Shown: positions 1 to 10,771, numbered from the stretch's first letter. The stretch: DNA of 64,000 nucleotides from Nitratireductor sp. (GCA_020637805.1 JACKJU010000013.1:19008-83007), one strand, 5' to 3'. Notes: generated from the letters alone by a model not told the origin. Numbers and translations: made by a program.

Positions 1-287
1 TAGATCAGGATGGCGCCCGACTCGAACAATGGCATCGGCTTGCCGCCCGGTCCTTCCGGGTCGATGATTGCGGGTATCTTGTTGTTGGGGTTCAGCGACA
101 GGAATTCGGGGCTTTTCTGGTCGTTGGTGGCGAAATTCACGGTATGCGCGTCATAGGGCAGGCCGCTCTCTTCGAGCATGGCCGACACCTTCACGCCGTT
201 GGGGGTGGGAAGCGAATAGAGCTGGATTGCCTGCGGGTTTTTCGGTGGCCATTTCCTGGTGATCAAATAGTCCTGCAGCGTGTCCAT
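1..287 (-). CDS. Glutathione S-transferase (YfcG/Nu-class-like), 5' part; runs off the window edge
   Basis: Not in the ORF track. Manual translation gives MDTLQDYLITRKWPPKNPQAIQLYSLPTPNGVKVSAMLEE...LNPNNKIPAIIDP...LFESGAILIY, with TPNG, NPxxKIP and FESGAIL GST motifs. AGGAGA RBS at 295-300. Confidence 0.9.
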   Translation of the reverse strand, partial: MDTLQDYLITRKWPPKNPQAIQLYSLPTPNGVKVSAMLEESGLPYDAHTVNFATNDQKSPEFLSLNPNNKIPAIIDPEGPGGKPMPLFESGAILI

Positions 288-381
288 GACAAAATCTCCT
301 GTTCGAAATTGATTTGGTTCAATCGAAGTTGACTAACTGGGGAGGCGTCGACCCGATTTGAAGATGTGACCGCGTGAACGC

Positions 382-699
382 TCAGTTCACGTCCTCGTCA
401 TGAATACGGCGAGGCGAACCCCATTCGGCCAACACCTCGTTCATCCTGTCCAGAACGAAATGGCGAGCAGACTGGCTGTCGTAACCGTCTTCGAGAAGCG
501 CGTCATACTCAGTGTGGTTGTGGCGGACATGGGTTGTGAGAGCCTGCCAGGCTATGATCCCGGGCGGCAGGTGGCGCAGGTGGCCGCGCATGGCGATCTC
601 CATCACCGCTTCGAAATCGGCCAGCGTTGCACGCGGTACAAGTTCGCGAAGTGCCTTTGCGACGTCCTTGTTCCTGCGTGTAGGTGCTGGTCTGGTCAT
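382..699 (-). CDS. DUF2293-like conserved protein
   Basis: HVRHNHTEYDALLEDGYDSQSARHFV..VLAEW pattern typical of DUF2293. Confidence 0.75.
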   Translation of the reverse strand: MTRPAPTRRNKDVAKALRELVPRATLADFEAVMEIAMRGHLRHLPPGIIAWQALTTHVRHNHTEYDALLEDGYDSQSARHFVLDRMNEVLAEWGSPRRIHDEDVN

Positions 700-796
700 G
701 AGGTGGGATGTGGCATCTCGGGATTGTTGTCGTCGTGAGCTGCCCGGCCTGAAAGGCTGAAACTGAACGTACCGGGTTCAACGGGATCAAATCGGA

Positions 797-825
797 TTGA
801 CATAAAGATATCTTTATGTGATTAT
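797..825 (+). promoter_or_regulatory. Sigma70-like promoter overlapped by a perfect 20-bp palindrome (putative SahR operator)
   Basis: TTGACA (797-802)-N17-GATTAT (820-825); ACATAAAGATATCTTTATGT (800-819) is a perfect palindrome. Confidence 0.8.
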
Positions 826-887
826 CTCAAAACTTGAACTGAACGGTCCAGTGGCCGGCAGATGAAACAGGGTACGGCAAGGATAGC

Positions 888-1874
888 ATGCTGCAGAAAA
901 TACAGCTACCGCTCGATGAAACGGTGAACCTGCTCAAGGCGGCTGGCGAACAGACGCGCCTGCGCCTGCTGTGGCTGCTTTCGCATGGCGACCTGACGGT
1001 CACTGACCTGATGGACATTCTGGGCCAGTCGCAGCCTCGCATATCGCGTCACCTGAAACTGCTGGGCGAGGCCGGGTTGCTGGAGCGATACCAGGAAGGT
1101 GCCTGGGCCTATTTCCGCGTTGTGGACGAGGGCCCCCAAAGCGCCTTCGTGCGCGAAATTCTCTCCCGGCTAGCCACGCACGACAGCCAGTTGCAGATGG
1201 ATCTTGCGCGGCTGGAAGGTGTGCGTAGCCGCCGCGCCCAGCGCGCCGCCGACTATTTCTCCCGCAATGCCGAAAGCTGGGACGAATTGCGCCGCCTTCA
1301 CGTCGACGACAAGAAAGTCGAGGCGGCGATGCTCGAAATGATCGGCAACACGCCGGTCAATTCCATGCTCGATCTGGGTACCGGCACTGGCCGGATGCTG
1401 GAACTGTTCCGGGATCTCTATGCGCGTGGAACCGGCATCGACGGCAGCCACGACATGCTCGAAGTCGCGCGGGCAAATCTCGACAAGGCCGATATCCAGA
1501 ATGCCCAGGTCCGCCTTGGCGACCTGATGCGGCTTGCGCTGCCGCAGGACGGTTTCGACCTCATCACCATTCACCAGGTGCTTCATTATCTGGACAATCC
1601 GCAGCATGCGATCGGCGAGGCAGCGCGTGCGCTTGGGCCGGGCGGTCGCCTGCTGGTTGCCGACTTTGCGCCGCACGATCTGGAGTTCCTGCGCGAAAAG
1701 CACGCGCATCTGCGTCTCGGCTTTGCCGCGGAACAGGTTTCCGGCTGGCTCGAAGCCGCGGGGCTGGAAGTTACCGAGGTTCGCAAGCTCGGCACAGACG
1801 AGAATTCCGGGAATGGCCAGAAACTGGTCGTTACGCTGTGGCTCGCCAGGGATACCCGAATGCTGATCGCATAA
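888..1874 (+). CDS. sahR: ArsR-family HTH fused to a SAM-binding methyltransferase domain (methionine-cycle regulator SahR)
   Basis: N-terminal ArsR HTH (SQPRISRHLKLL), C-terminal LDLGTGTG SAM motif, directly upstream of metF. Confidence 0.85.
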   Translation: MLQKIQLPLDETVNLLKAAGEQTRLRLLWLLSHGDLTVTDLMDILGQSQPRISRHLKLLGEAGLLERYQEGAWAYFRVVDEGPQSAFVREILSRLATHDSQLQMDLARLEGVRSRRAQRAADYFSRNAESWDELRRLHVDDKKVEAAMLEMIGNTPVNSMLDLGTGTGRMLELFRDLYARGTGIDGSHDMLEVARANLDKADIQNAQVRLGDLMRLALPQDGFDLITIHQVLHYLDNPQHAIGEAARALGPGGRLLVADFAPHDLEFLREKHAHLRLGFAAEQVSGWLEAAGLEVTEVRKLGTDENSGNGQKLVVTLWLARDTRMLIA

Positions 1875-1963
1875 ACCGCCGGTGCGGATTGCCCCGCCAA
1901 CCGGAAGTTTCGATACGATCTTGAAAACATGAAAGGGCCGGTGGCAACCGGCAGGAAAACGAG

Positions 1964-2905
1964 ATGGCACTTTTTGCACTTTCCCGTGGCGTGGCGCGCA
2001 GCCACCCGGTCAACGTATCCTTCGAGTTCTTTCCGCCGGTTTCCGAAAAGGCGGAGGCATCGCTCTGGGATGCGGTGACGCGGCTTGAGCGTCTTGCTCC
2101 GGCATTCGTTTCCGTCACCTATGGTGCGGGCGGGTCGACGCGCGAGCGGACGCTCAGAACGGTCAAGCGCATCATGGACAATACCTCGCTCAATGTTGCT
2201 GCGCACCTTACCTGCGTCGGCGCATCGCGCGAGGAAGTCGATGCCGTCATCGGCGAATTGAATGCCGCCGGCGTGCGCCGCTTCGTGGCGCTGCGCGGCG
2301 ATCCCGAAGAGGGTGTCGGGCAGAAATACCAGCCGCGTGCCGACGGGTATGCCAATGGCGCAGAACTGGTGGCCGGATTGAAAACCTTCGGCGATTTCGA
2401 CATCTCGGTTTCGGCCTACCCGGAAAAACACCCGGAAAGCCCGGATTTCCAGACCGATCTCGACATGCTCAAGCGCAAGGTCGACAACGGTGCGAGCCGC
2501 GCGATTACCCAGTTCTGCTTCGACAATGATGTTTTCGAGGCGTATCTGGAACGTGTCCGCAAGGCAGGCATATACATTCCCATCGTCCCGGGCATTCTTC
2601 CCATTCATCATTTCGGCAAGGTGGCGAGTTTTGCAGGGCGGTGCGGTGCGTCGATCCCCGACTGGCTTCACGAGCGCTTTGACGGGCTGGATGAAGACCC
2701 GGAAACGCGCCAGCTTGTATCGTCGGCAGTAGCGGCAGAGCAGGTTGCCGATTTGGTTCAGCGCGGCATCACCGATTTCCACTTCTATACAATGAACCGG
2801 GCAGAACTGCCGCTTGCTGTCTGCCGGCTGCTGGGCATCCACGAAGATCGTGGCGGTATTCAGGAAGCCAGCGGAGCAGGGGGCAACGAGCCTGCTGCCG
2901 CCTGA
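1964..2905 (+). CDS. metF: 5,10-methylenetetrahydrofolate reductase
   Basis: VSFEFFPP, SVTYGAGGST, AHLTC, ALRGD, AYPEKHPE, FHFYTMNRA motifs. Confidence 0.95.
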   Translation: MALFALSRGVARSHPVNVSFEFFPPVSEKAEASLWDAVTRLERLAPAFVSVTYGAGGSTRERTLRTVKRIMDNTSLNVAAHLTCVGASREEVDAVIGELNAAGVRRFVALRGDPEEGVGQKYQPRADGYANGAELVAGLKTFGDFDISVSAYPEKHPESPDFQTDLDMLKRKVDNGASRAITQFCFDNDVFEAYLERVRKAGIYIPIVPGILPIHHFGKVASFAGRCGASIPDWLHERFDGLDEDPETRQLVSSAVAAEQVADLVQRGITDFHFYTMNRAELPLAVCRLLGIHEDRGGIQEASGAGGNEPAAA

Positions 2906-2910
2906 CCTTC

Positions 2911-3861
2911 CTAGAAGGTGGTCATGCGGCGCGGGAAGCGCACGCGCCCGTCCATCACGAGAAGACCAAGGCCGATAAGGACCATTCCGGCGACGTGCCA
3001 AGGCGAGAGCGTTTCGCCGAGCACGAAAATTCCCGAAAGAACCGCGAAGACCGGCACCAGAAGCGTGACGAGTGAGACATTCGTCGCGCCCGCTGCCGAA
3101 AGTATCCTGAAAAACAGGATGTATGCGAAGGCGGTGCATACGAGCGCAAAGGCGATCACCGACCAGAACACGTCCGGGGAATAGCCGGAGATTCGTGGCA
3201 TGCCGACGGTCAGTGCGCATATCGCGAACATCAGGATCGTCGAACCTGTCAATTGTCCGGTGGCGACTGCAATTGGCGGGACGGACCGGAAGCGCTTGCC
3301 GTAGATGCTGGCGAAGCCGTACGAAACGGTAGCTCCAAGCGCGGCCAGTTTCGCCGTCAGTGAAGCGCCAAGCCCTGTCAGTGCATCTCCACCCATCAGT
3401 ACCGCGACACCGGCAAAGCCAAGGACAACGCCTGCTATCTTGCGTGGCGTGAGCTTTTCGTCGGAGGTCAACCAGTTTGCGATGAGCAGGGTCCAGACAG
3501 GTGTCATGGCATTGATGACGGAGGCGAGACCCGCACCGAGTTCCTTCTGGCCGTACAGGATCAGGCTGAAAGGAATGATGTTGTTGAGGATCGAAAGGCC
3601 GAGGATCTCGACCAGGAACCGTTTTCCTGGCGGAAACCGCCTTCCGGTCGCCAGCATGAACAGGATCAGGGCTGCGGCGGCTAGTGTCACGCGCATCAGT
3701 ACAAGATGCAGTGGTTCTATTTCGCGGAGGGCGATACGCCCGAACAGGAAGGATGCGCCCCAGACGATGCCAAGCAGAAGCAGCATGGTCCAGATGGCAG
3801 GGCTCATGGTGTATGCGCGGGGCGGTTGCGGGGCAGTGGACGGGGCGGGATTGTCTGTCAT
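2911..3861 (-). CDS. DMT/EamA family transporter
   Basis: About 10 hydrophobic segments, WGASFL and GETLS motifs; start codon uncertain. Confidence 0.85.
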   Translation of the reverse strand: MTDNPAPSTAPQPPRAYTMSPAIWTMLLLLGIVWGASFLFGRIALREIEPLHLVLMRVTLAAAALILFMLATGRRFPPGKRFLVEILGLSILNNIIPFSLILYGQKELGAGLASVINAMTPVWTLLIANWLTSDEKLTPRKIAGVVLGFAGVAVLMGGDALTGLGASLTAKLAALGATVSYGFASIYGKRFRSVPPIAVATGQLTGSTILMFAICALTVGMPRISGYSPDVFWSVIAFALVCTAFAYILFFRILSAAGATNVSLVTLLVPVFAVLSGIFVLGETLSPWHVAGMVLIGLGLLVMDGRVRFPRRMTTF

Positions 3862-3971
3862 GCCAGCGGTTCTAACAGGGGCGCTGCCATTCGCCACCCG
3901 ATTCCTGTCATGGTCATGATTTTGCTCCCATCTGCGGAGTAAGCGCCTGTTAACAATGCGGGCGCACAATC

Positions 3972-4577
3972 ATGGACATGGAACTGCCACCACTCATTTC
4001 GCGCGATCACGAGAATCGCAGGCACCGGCACGTGCGCCGCACGGGTCTGGAGCCAACGCGCCGTGCTGTCATCGCAGCCGGTTCGCTGGCATTGCTCTCC
4101 GGATGCAGCCTGCTGGGCGGAACCGGAGCATCGACCCATGCGGGCAGGCGGCCGCGCACCGTTGCCGACACTGTGCCGCTCCACTTCGAACCTGCAAACG
4201 GTCTTGATGCCGTGAACCGGGAGCGCAGGAAGCGGCTACTGCCCGCATTGCACATGGACCCGCGGCTGCAGGAAGCGGCGCAGCGCCACGCCGACAACAT
4301 GGCGGCGACGGGGCTCTACGGGCATGAAATAGGACCAGGGACCGATTTCCAGTCGCGGATATTCGAGGTCGGGTTCAACAATTCATCTGGCGAGAACATC
4401 GGTGTCGGTTATGGCTCGGTCGATGATGCCGTTCAGGGCTGGCTCGATTCACCGCCTCACCGGAAGAACATGCTGAAGGCCAACTACAATGCCGCCGGTA
4501 TTGCCTATGCCTTCAACACCTCGGGCAAAAACCCGCGCTATACCCATTTCTGGGTTCTCATCATGGGCAAGGGCTGA
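3972..4577 (+). CDS. CAP (SCP-like) domain protein, probable Tat-type lipoprotein
   Basis: TRRAVIAAGSLALLSGC (twin Arg plus lipobox); AAQRHA, GENIG, WLDSPPHRKNML CAP motifs. Confidence 0.85.
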   Translation: MDMELPPLISRDHENRRHRHVRRTGLEPTRRAVIAAGSLALLSGCSLLGGTGASTHAGRRPRTVADTVPLHFEPANGLDAVNRERRKRLLPALHMDPRLQEAAQRHADNMAATGLYGHEIGPGTDFQSRIFEVGFNNSSGENIGVGYGSVDDAVQGWLDSPPHRKNMLKANYNAAGIAYAFNTSGKNPRYTHFWVLIMGKG

Positions 4578-4632
4578 CCTCCTCCGTCGCTGTCCGCTCC
4601 AGAGATACCGCCAGCATCGCAACAGAGCCGGA

Positions 4633-4848
4633 TCAGGCGTCCTGCCCGGTCTGATTGCCCCGCAATTCGCGTATTGCCTGGGAAAGAAGATCAAGATCGA
4701 CGAGGCAGTTTCTGGACAGGACAGGTGCGATCTCATCCGGCGCGATGCCTTGCCTGAGACATCCGTCAACAGCGGACAAGATGGATTCATATTCCTCGAG
4801 GCGCGGCTTTACCTGCGCCCCGGCTGTCGCTATCGCAATCATGCTCAT
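4633..4848 (-). CDS. Small hypothetical protein (about 71 aa)
   Basis: Fills the gap downstream of the oxoprolinase gene; protein-like amphipathic composition; no motif recognised. Confidence 0.4.
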   Translation of the reverse strand: MSMIAIATAGAQVKPRLEEYESILSAVDGCLRQGIAPDEIAPVLSRNCLVDLDLLSQAIRELRGNQTGQDA

Positions 4849-4996
4849 CCGCCTGCCCGGCAGGCGCCCCTGAGATTTGATGCCGATCTGCGCCATACCC
4901 GCAAATCGTCCCCGCGCCACAATGAGGTGATTTGCGCCGGTACTCAACAGGGCCTGCCTCTCCGCATTGCAGGACAAAAGGTCGCGCGGGCGGCGT

Positions 4997-7900
4997 CTAC
5001 GTGGCCGTGTAGCCGCCTGCTGCGGGCGTGTTGACGATCACTGCGTCGCCTGCCTTTACCTCTGTCTGGTCGCAGTGCCTGAGCGTTTCCATCTCGCCGT
5101 TCACCCGGCGGATCAGGGTGGAACCGCATTCTCCGTCTCCGCCGCTAGCAAGCCCGCGCGGCGGGTTGTAGCGCGAGGAAGACAGGATTGCGCAATCCAT
5201 GTCTTCGAGGAAACGCAGGATGCGTGTGCAGCCATCGCCTCCGCGAGACTCGCCATCACCGCCGGAACCGCGCCTGATCGAGAACTCTTCGACCACGAGC
5301 GGGTAGCGCATTTCCAGAACTTCCGGGTCGGTCATGCGGGTGTTGGTCATGTGCACGTGAACGCCTGACGCGCCTGCAAAGCCGCGCCCGTTGTTCATCC
5401 GGCCTGCAGGAGCGCCGCCGCAGATCGTTTCGTAGTTCTGGTAGCGGTCATTGCCGTAGGTCAGGTTGTTCATGGTGCCGGGCGCGTTGGCGAGCGCCCC
5501 CAGCGCCATCAGCAGGCAGTTGGTGACATGCTGGCTCGTTTCGGTGTTGCCGGCGATCACGGCAGCCGGATATTGCGGCTTGAGCATGCAGCCTTCGGGA
5601 ATGACGATGTCGATGGGTTTCAGGCATCCTGCATTCATCGGAATGTCGCCTTCCACCATCAGGCGGAAAACGTAGAGCACAGCGGCACGGGTTACCGGCT
5701 CCGGCGCGTTGAAGTTGTTCTTCGCCACGGGGGAGGTGCCGGTGAAATCGACCTTCGCGGTGCGGTTCTCCCTGTCTACCGTGATCTTCACGGCGATCTG
5801 CTGGTCATTGTCGGTATGGTAGACATATTCGCAGTCGGAGAGCGCATCGATGACACGGCGCACGCTTTCCTCGGCATTGTCCTGAACATGCTTCACGTAA
5901 GCCTGCACGACCTCAAGGCTGAAGTGGTCGACCATCTTGCGCAGTTCGATCACGCCCTTTTCGTTTGCGGCGATCTGGGCGCGGATATCGGCCATGTTCT
6001 GGTCGGGATTGCGGGCGGGATAGCTGTGCCCTGTCAGGATGGCGCGCATCCCGTCCTCGTCGATCACGCCGCGCCTTACGAGCTTGAAATTGTCGATAAG
6101 AACACCTTCCTCGTCGATATGGGTAGCGCGGGGCGTGGCGGAGCCTGGAGCCATGCCGCCTACATCGGCGTGGTGTCCGCGCGCTGCCACGTAGAAGAGG
6201 ATTTCCCTTTCCTTGTCGTCGAACACAGGGGTGACGACCGTGATGTCGGGCAGGTGGGTGCCGCCGTTGTAGGGCGCGTTCAAAATGAAGACGTCGCCCG
6301 GATCGATATTGCCCTCGTTGAGCTTGATGATCGTCTCGACTGAACGGTCCATCGAACCCAGGTGCACCGGCATGTGCGGTGCGTTGGCCACAAGCGAGCC
6401 GTCTGGGCCGAACACCGCGCAGGAGAAATCGAGCCTCTCCTTGATGTTGACGGAATAGGCAGTGTTCTGCAGCGTAACGCCCATCTGTTCGGCTATCGAC
6501 ATGAACAGGTTGTTGAATACTTCCAACATCACCGGATCGGCTTCCGTGCCGATCGCATGTTCGCGTGCTGCTTCCTCAACGCGCTTCATCACGATGTGAT
6601 CGCGGGCATTGATGCGTGCCTGCCAGCCGGGCTCGACCACGATGGTCTGGTGCGGCTCGATGATGAGGGCAGGGCCCATCACCCGGTTGCCGCGCTTCAG
6701 ATTTGCGCGCCGCGCAATGGTGGCGTCATGCCAGATTCCACCTGAGAACACGGGTGCGGTATCCTGCGCTTCGAACGCCACGTCGTCGATGGATTGCTCC
6801 GGCTCATCGATCCCGGCGCCGCCGCCGGTTGCTTCCACTTCGACTGCCTCGACAATCAGTCCCTTGTTCTCGAAGACAAAGCCAAACTGCTTGCGATGCA
6901 ATTGTTCGAAGGCCTTGCGCATGGCCTCCGCGCCCTCTAGCGGAACAGGCAGCGCCATGTCGGTGCCGTCATAGCGGATATGCGCGCGGGCAAAAGTGCT
7001 TGTGTCGGAATCGCTTACGCCCTGTCCCTGGAGTTCGGCCAGCGCCTCTGCTTCAAGTTCCGATTCAACTTCTTCAAGTATCGATTCAAGTTCTCCGGAC
7101 AGTTGCCTGACCAGTGCGCGTGTACGGTTGGCGCGGATCTGAGCCAGACCCATGCCATAGGCCGAGAGGATGCCGGAGAAAGGGTGCACCAGCACAGTGG
7201 TCATGCCAAGCGCATCGGCAACGGAACAGGCATGCTGGCCGCCCGCGCCGCCGAAACAGTTCAGCGCATAATGGGTGACATCGTGGCCGCGCTGGACGGA
7301 GATTTTCTTGATGGCATTTGCCATGTTTTCGACAGCGATTTTCAGGAAGCCGTCGGCGACCTCCTCGGGCGTCGAGCCAACTTCCGCGGCGAGATCGGAG
7401 AATTTCGCCTTCACCATATCAGCGTCAAGCGCCTGGTCTTGTTCAGGGCCGAAGATGGCCGGAAAGAACTCCGGCCTGAGCTTGCCGACCATGACGTTTG
7501 CGTCGGTCACGGCAAGCGGCCCGCCGCGCCTGTAGCAGGCGGGACCGGGGTTGGCGCCAGCGGAATCAGGTCCGGCCTGGAAGCGGCCATCGCGGAAATG
7601 CAGGATCGAACCGCCTCCGGCGGCAACCGTGTGGATGCGCATCATGGGAGCACGCATGCGAACGCCAGCAACCTCGGTTTCGAAGGCACGTTCCAGTTCG
7701 CCGTCATAGTGCGAGACATCGGTCGAGGTGCCGCCCATGTCGAAGCCGATCATTTTTTCGAAACCGGCAAGGCGAGAGGTTTCGACCGCGCCTACCACGC
7801 CGCCCGCAGGACCGGACAGGATAGCGTCCTTGCCCTGGAACAGTTCGGCTGCCGTCAAGCCTCCCGAAGACATCATGAACATCAGTTTGGGTTCCGCAGA

Positions 7901-8695
7901 GCCATCCGGCTCTGCGTCCGTTCGCGGGCTTGCGCCCTGGCTGGCCGCCAGGCCTTGCCCTGCCACGGAGGGAGACGCGCTTTGCTCCCCGGTTTCGATG
8001 CCGAGTTCGGCGCTTACCTGCTCGACATAGCGGCGAAGGATTGGCGAGAGATAGGCGTCCACGACTGCGGTATCGCCGCGCCCTATCAGCTTGACCAGCG
8101 GCGAAACCTCGTGGCTGACCGAGACCTGCGGGAAGCCCGCAGCGCGCGCCAGTTCCGCTATGCGTTTCTCGTGGTCAGGATATTTCCATGCGTGCATCAG
8201 AACGATGGCGAGGGACTTTGTGCCTGCACCCGAGACCGCTTCGAGCGCGCTGGTGACTTCGGCTTCGTCCAGCGGTTTTTCCACTGTGCCATCAGCACGG
8301 ATGCGTTCGTTGATCTCGACAACCTGCGCGTAGAGCAATTCCGGCTTGAGGACTTCCTTCGCGAAAATGTCGGGCCTGGCCTGATACCCGATCTCGAGGC
8401 CGTCGCCAAAACCCCTGGTAATCAAGAGTGCGGTCGGCTCACCCTTGCGCTCGAGCAAGGCGTTCGTTGCGACTGTCGTGCCCATCTTCACCGTGGCGAT
8501 ACGATGGGCAGGCACTGCTTCGCCCTTTTTCACACCGAGCAGGTCGCGGATGCCCTGTACGGCAGCGTCGCGATAGGCTTCTGGGTTTTCGGAGAGCAGC
8601 TTGTGGGGATGGAGCGTCCCATCGGGGGCGCGGCCGACGATATCGGTGAAGGTGCCGCCCCGGTCGATCCAGAAATCCCACTTGCCGGTGCTCAT
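4997..8695 (-). CDS. ATP-dependent 5-oxoprolinase (fused hydantoinase A/B family)
   Basis: [70 protein letters not shown] motifs; start may lie up to 8740. Confidence 0.93.
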   Translation of the reverse strand: MSTGKWDFWIDRGGTFTDIVGRAPDGTLHPHKLLSENPEAYRDAAVQGIRDLLGVKKGEAVPAHRIATVKMGTTVATNALLERKGEPTALLITRGFGDGLEIGYQARPDIFAKEVLKPELLYAQVVEINERIRADGTVEKPLDEAEVTSALEAVSGAGTKSLAIVLMHAWKYPDHEKRIAELARAAGFPQVSVSHEVSPLVKLIGRGDTAVVDAYLSPILRRYVEQVSAELGIETGEQSASPSVAGQGLAASQGASPRTDAEPDGSAEPKLMFMMSSGGLTAAELFQGKDAILSGPAGGVVGAVETSRLAGFEKMIGFDMGGTSTDVSHYDGELERAFETEVAGVRMRAPMMRIHTVAAGGGSILHFRDGRFQAGPDSAGANPGPACYRRGGPLAVTDANVMVGKLRPEFFPAIFGPEQDQALDADMVKAKFSDLAAEVGSTPEEVADGFLKIAVENMANAIKKISVQRGHDVTHYALNCFGGAGGQHACSVADALGMTTVLVHPFSGILSAYGMGLAQIRANRTRALVRQLSGELESILEEVESELEAEALAELQGQGVSDSDTSTFARAHIRYDGTDMALPVPLEGAEAMRKAFEQLHRKQFGFVFENKGLIVEAVEVEATGGGAGIDEPEQSIDDVAFEAQDTAPVFSGGIWHDATIARRANLKRGNRVMGPALIIEPHQTIVVEPGWQARINARDHIVMKRVEEAAREHAIGTEADPVMLEVFNNLFMSIAEQMGVTLQNTAYSVNIKERLDFSCAVFGPDGSLVANAPHMPVHLGSMDRSVETIIKLNEGNIDPGDVFILNAPYNGGTHLPDITVVTPVFDDKEREILFYVAARGHHADVGGMAPGSATPRATHIDEEGVLIDNFKLVRRGVIDEDGMRAILTGHSYPARNPDQNMADIRAQIAANEKGVIELRKMVDHFSLEVVQAYVKHVQDNAEESVRRVIDALSDCEYVYHTDNDQQIAVKITVDRENRTAKVDFTGTSPVAKNNFNAPEPVTRAAVLYVFRLMVEGDIPMNAGCLKPIDIVIPEGCMLKPQYPAAVIAGNTETSQHVTNCLLMALGALANAPGTMNNLTYGNDRYQNYETICGGAPAGRMNNGRGFAGASGVHVHMTNTRMTDPEVLEMRYPLVVEEFSIRRGSGGDGESRGGDGCTRILRFLEDMDCAILSSSRYNPPRGLASGGDGECGSTLIRRVNGEMETLRHCDQTEVKAGDAVIVNTPAAGGYTAT
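7893..7990. repeat. Palindromic element lying in frame inside the oxoprolinase CDS
   Basis: CGCAGAGCC-ATCC-GGCTCTGCG (7895-7916), CCTGGC-N5-GCCAGG (7936-7952) and TCCGT/ACGGA (7917-7921/7965-7969); encodes a low-complexity loop of about 30 aa. Confidence 0.5.
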
Positions 8696-8909
8696 GCTGT
8701 TGTCGAGCATTCTCGCCTTCTCCGATCCTGCGTGCTTCATCTTGCATTCATCTGCAATCTGTCAAAGCTTGTGCACGATCACAAGAACGCTCTGGAGCAA
8801 TTCCCGTTTTTGACAAAACCGAAAGACCCGGATTGCGAAAACGAGTTCAGTTCCTTATCGAATCCATCCATGTGCATCACCAGATGGCATGATCGAGGAG
8901 CCAGCAAAC

Positions 8910-9302
8910 ATGAGCAGAATACCCACTGGGAGCCTTTTGGCGGCAGCACTTCTTTTTGCGGCTCCCGCACTTGCCGATGAGCAGCCCGACCTGACGGGGA
9001 GCGAATGGGGCTATCCGGGCAAGGACAGGCCGTTCATTGTCTTCCGGTCCGAGATGCGGCTGGTGGGAAATGGTGGCTGCAACAATTTTTTCGGCAACTG
9101 GCAGGTGCATGACGGCGACCAGCTGGAGCTTGGTCCGATCGGTGCCACCCGGATGGCATGTTCACCTGAAATCATGAAACAGGAAACGGAATTCCTCGCC
9201 AGGCTGGAGGCGGTAACTTCCTATCGCATTGTCGAGGACAGAATTCAGTTGTTCTCGAACGGCGTGCCGTGGACGGAGATGGAGCGCCGCGACCGCGATT
9301 GA
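8910..9302 (+). CDS. META domain (HslJ-like) secreted protein
   Basis: Signal peptide, GNGGCNNFFG and ATRMAC motifs; GAGGAG RBS at 8895-8900. Confidence 0.85.
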   Translation: MSRIPTGSLLAAALLFAAPALADEQPDLTGSEWGYPGKDRPFIVFRSEMRLVGNGGCNNFFGNWQVHDGDQLELGPIGATRMACSPEIMKQETEFLARLEAVTSYRIVEDRIQLFSNGVPWTEMERRDRD

Positions 9303-9343
9303 ACTCGCCACTGCCTGCGATCCGATGTCTGTTTCTGCAGTAT

Positions 9344-10651
9344 CTAGCGCATCAGTGCGACGTGCGAGTTCCAGATGCGTTCGGAAATGTTGCTGAAAAT
9401 GCCATTCAGGTCGTCTGCCTTCTTGGCCGTGTAGAAATGCGTGTTTTGGTCCGTGGCGCATTTCTTCAGCGTTGCGACGCTGCCCTGTATGAGCCGGATC
9501 GTGTATATCTCGATGTCCTGTGCCTTGGCGTTTTCGCAGGTCGCTTCCATTGCCTTGTCGACATCGTTGGTCTTGCCGCCCTCGCTCATGATGCGGCTTG
9601 ACGTGTTGTCGCCGTCGGTCAGGAAAATGATGATCTTCTGCGGCGCCTTCATTGCATTTATCTGCTTGTACGGCTCGGTGTTGTTGAGCGTGTTCATCGC
9701 CCAGACCATGCCAATATTGGTGTTGGTCGCGCCGTTGGGGTTGAGCGCATCGATCCCTGCAAAAATGGTGTCCGTATTGGTCGTAAGGGGAATGACCTGC
9801 TGCTGGTTCGGACAGTAGTCATAGGCCTGGTGGTTCGCAGGCAGGTTTTCGTAGCGGCTTTCGGCGACAGTGGGGGTGTTGTCGTTGTTGTCGTAGGCGG
9901 CGGCCCGGTCCCAGACGCACCCTTCCCAATCGTATTGCATCCATTTCCATTTGTTGTAGGGACTGGTGATCCTGATGAAGTCGGAACTGTCGAAGCTCTT
10001 GTCGATGCGAACGGAGTCTGTGAACGGCACGAGCGCGAACCGGATCTTGTTCTTCTCGCCAGAATTCTTTGGCGTGATTTCCTTGACGAAATTGGTGGCG
10101 GCTTCCTTGAGAACGTCCATCTTGGTCGGGTCACCGGAATTCTTCTTGCCTTTGCCCTTGCTATTTCCGGTCTCCGCCATTGATCCGGTGGTGTCGACGG
10201 CCAGCGCAATGGCCAGGCTCGAGATTCCGATTCCCGCCTGCGAAAGCGTTTTTGGACGCAGCGTCGAGAAGTCCTGGCCAACCAGTTTTCCGACAAGGTT
10301 GAGCATGGTTGTATGATTGTCCGCCTCGACGCTCAAGGTGACCTTGATCCCGTCGTTGATATCGGCGGAGGCTTTCAGCTTTTTTTCGTTGTAGCTGCCT
10401 GTGTAATTTGCCTTGAAGTTTTCCTTGGCCAGTTCTTCCAGTTCCGCGGCAGAACCACCCGAATTGCGGTAGCGGATGACGGCGGCAAGTGTTGCCGTAT
10501 CGGCTGCATCCTGCAACTGCGCCTTGACCTGGGTCATGCGCGTATAGTCGATGGCAAGACCTGCCATGCCGAAGAGCGGCACGCTCGCCAGGGCAAACCA
10601 GAGGGCGAAATTGCCCGAGGTCGATGAAAGAAAGTTGCAGAGCTTTTTCAT
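9344..10651 (-). CDS. TadE/TadG-like pilus-associated protein with vWA domain
   Basis: N-terminal GNFALWFAL..GLAIDY..LQDAAD TadG signature; VDTTGSM MIDAS, GATNTN and FLTDGDN vWA motifs. Confidence 0.85.
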   Translation of the reverse strand: MKKLCNFLSSTSGNFALWFALASVPLFGMAGLAIDYTRMTQVKAQLQDAADTATLAAVIRYRNSGGSAAELEELAKENFKANYTGSYNEKKLKASADINDGIKVTLSVEADNHTTMLNLVGKLVGQDFSTLRPKTLSQAGIGISSLAIALAVDTTGSMAETGNSKGKGKKNSGDPTKMDVLKEAATNFVKEITPKNSGEKNKIRFALVPFTDSVRIDKSFDSSDFIRITSPYNKWKWMQYDWEGCVWDRAAAYDNNDNTPTVAESRYENLPANHQAYDYCPNQQQVIPLTTNTDTIFAGIDALNPNGATNTNIGMVWAMNTLNNTEPYKQINAMKAPQKIIIFLTDGDNTSSRIMSEGGKTNDVDKAMEATCENAKAQDIEIYTIRLIQGSVATLKKCATDQNTHFYTAKKADDLNGIFSNISERIWNSHVALMR

Positions 10652-10755
10652 GATCCGGAAACCGTCTAAATTAGAAACGCCCGCGATCAATACAGGGTTT
10701 TGGGTTAGGGAAACTTGAATACGCCGGGTTTTGTAGGTTCCGATTGCCAACGTGT

Positions 10756-10771
10756 TTAAGGTGGCGTTAAC
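10756..10771. promoter_or_regulatory. CtrA box
   Basis: TTAA-GGTGGCG-TTAAC, a perfect consensus match, in the divergent tadG-like/djlA intergenic region. Confidence 0.75.

Noticed and set aside
1586-3220. 544-aa minus-strand ORF, and similar long ORFs (6980-8980 +, 41833-43344 -, 44333-45781 -, 53598-54836 +)
   Set aside because: These are antisense shadows of well-supported genes. High GC codon bias depletes stop codons on the opposite strand, and no motifs are recognisable.
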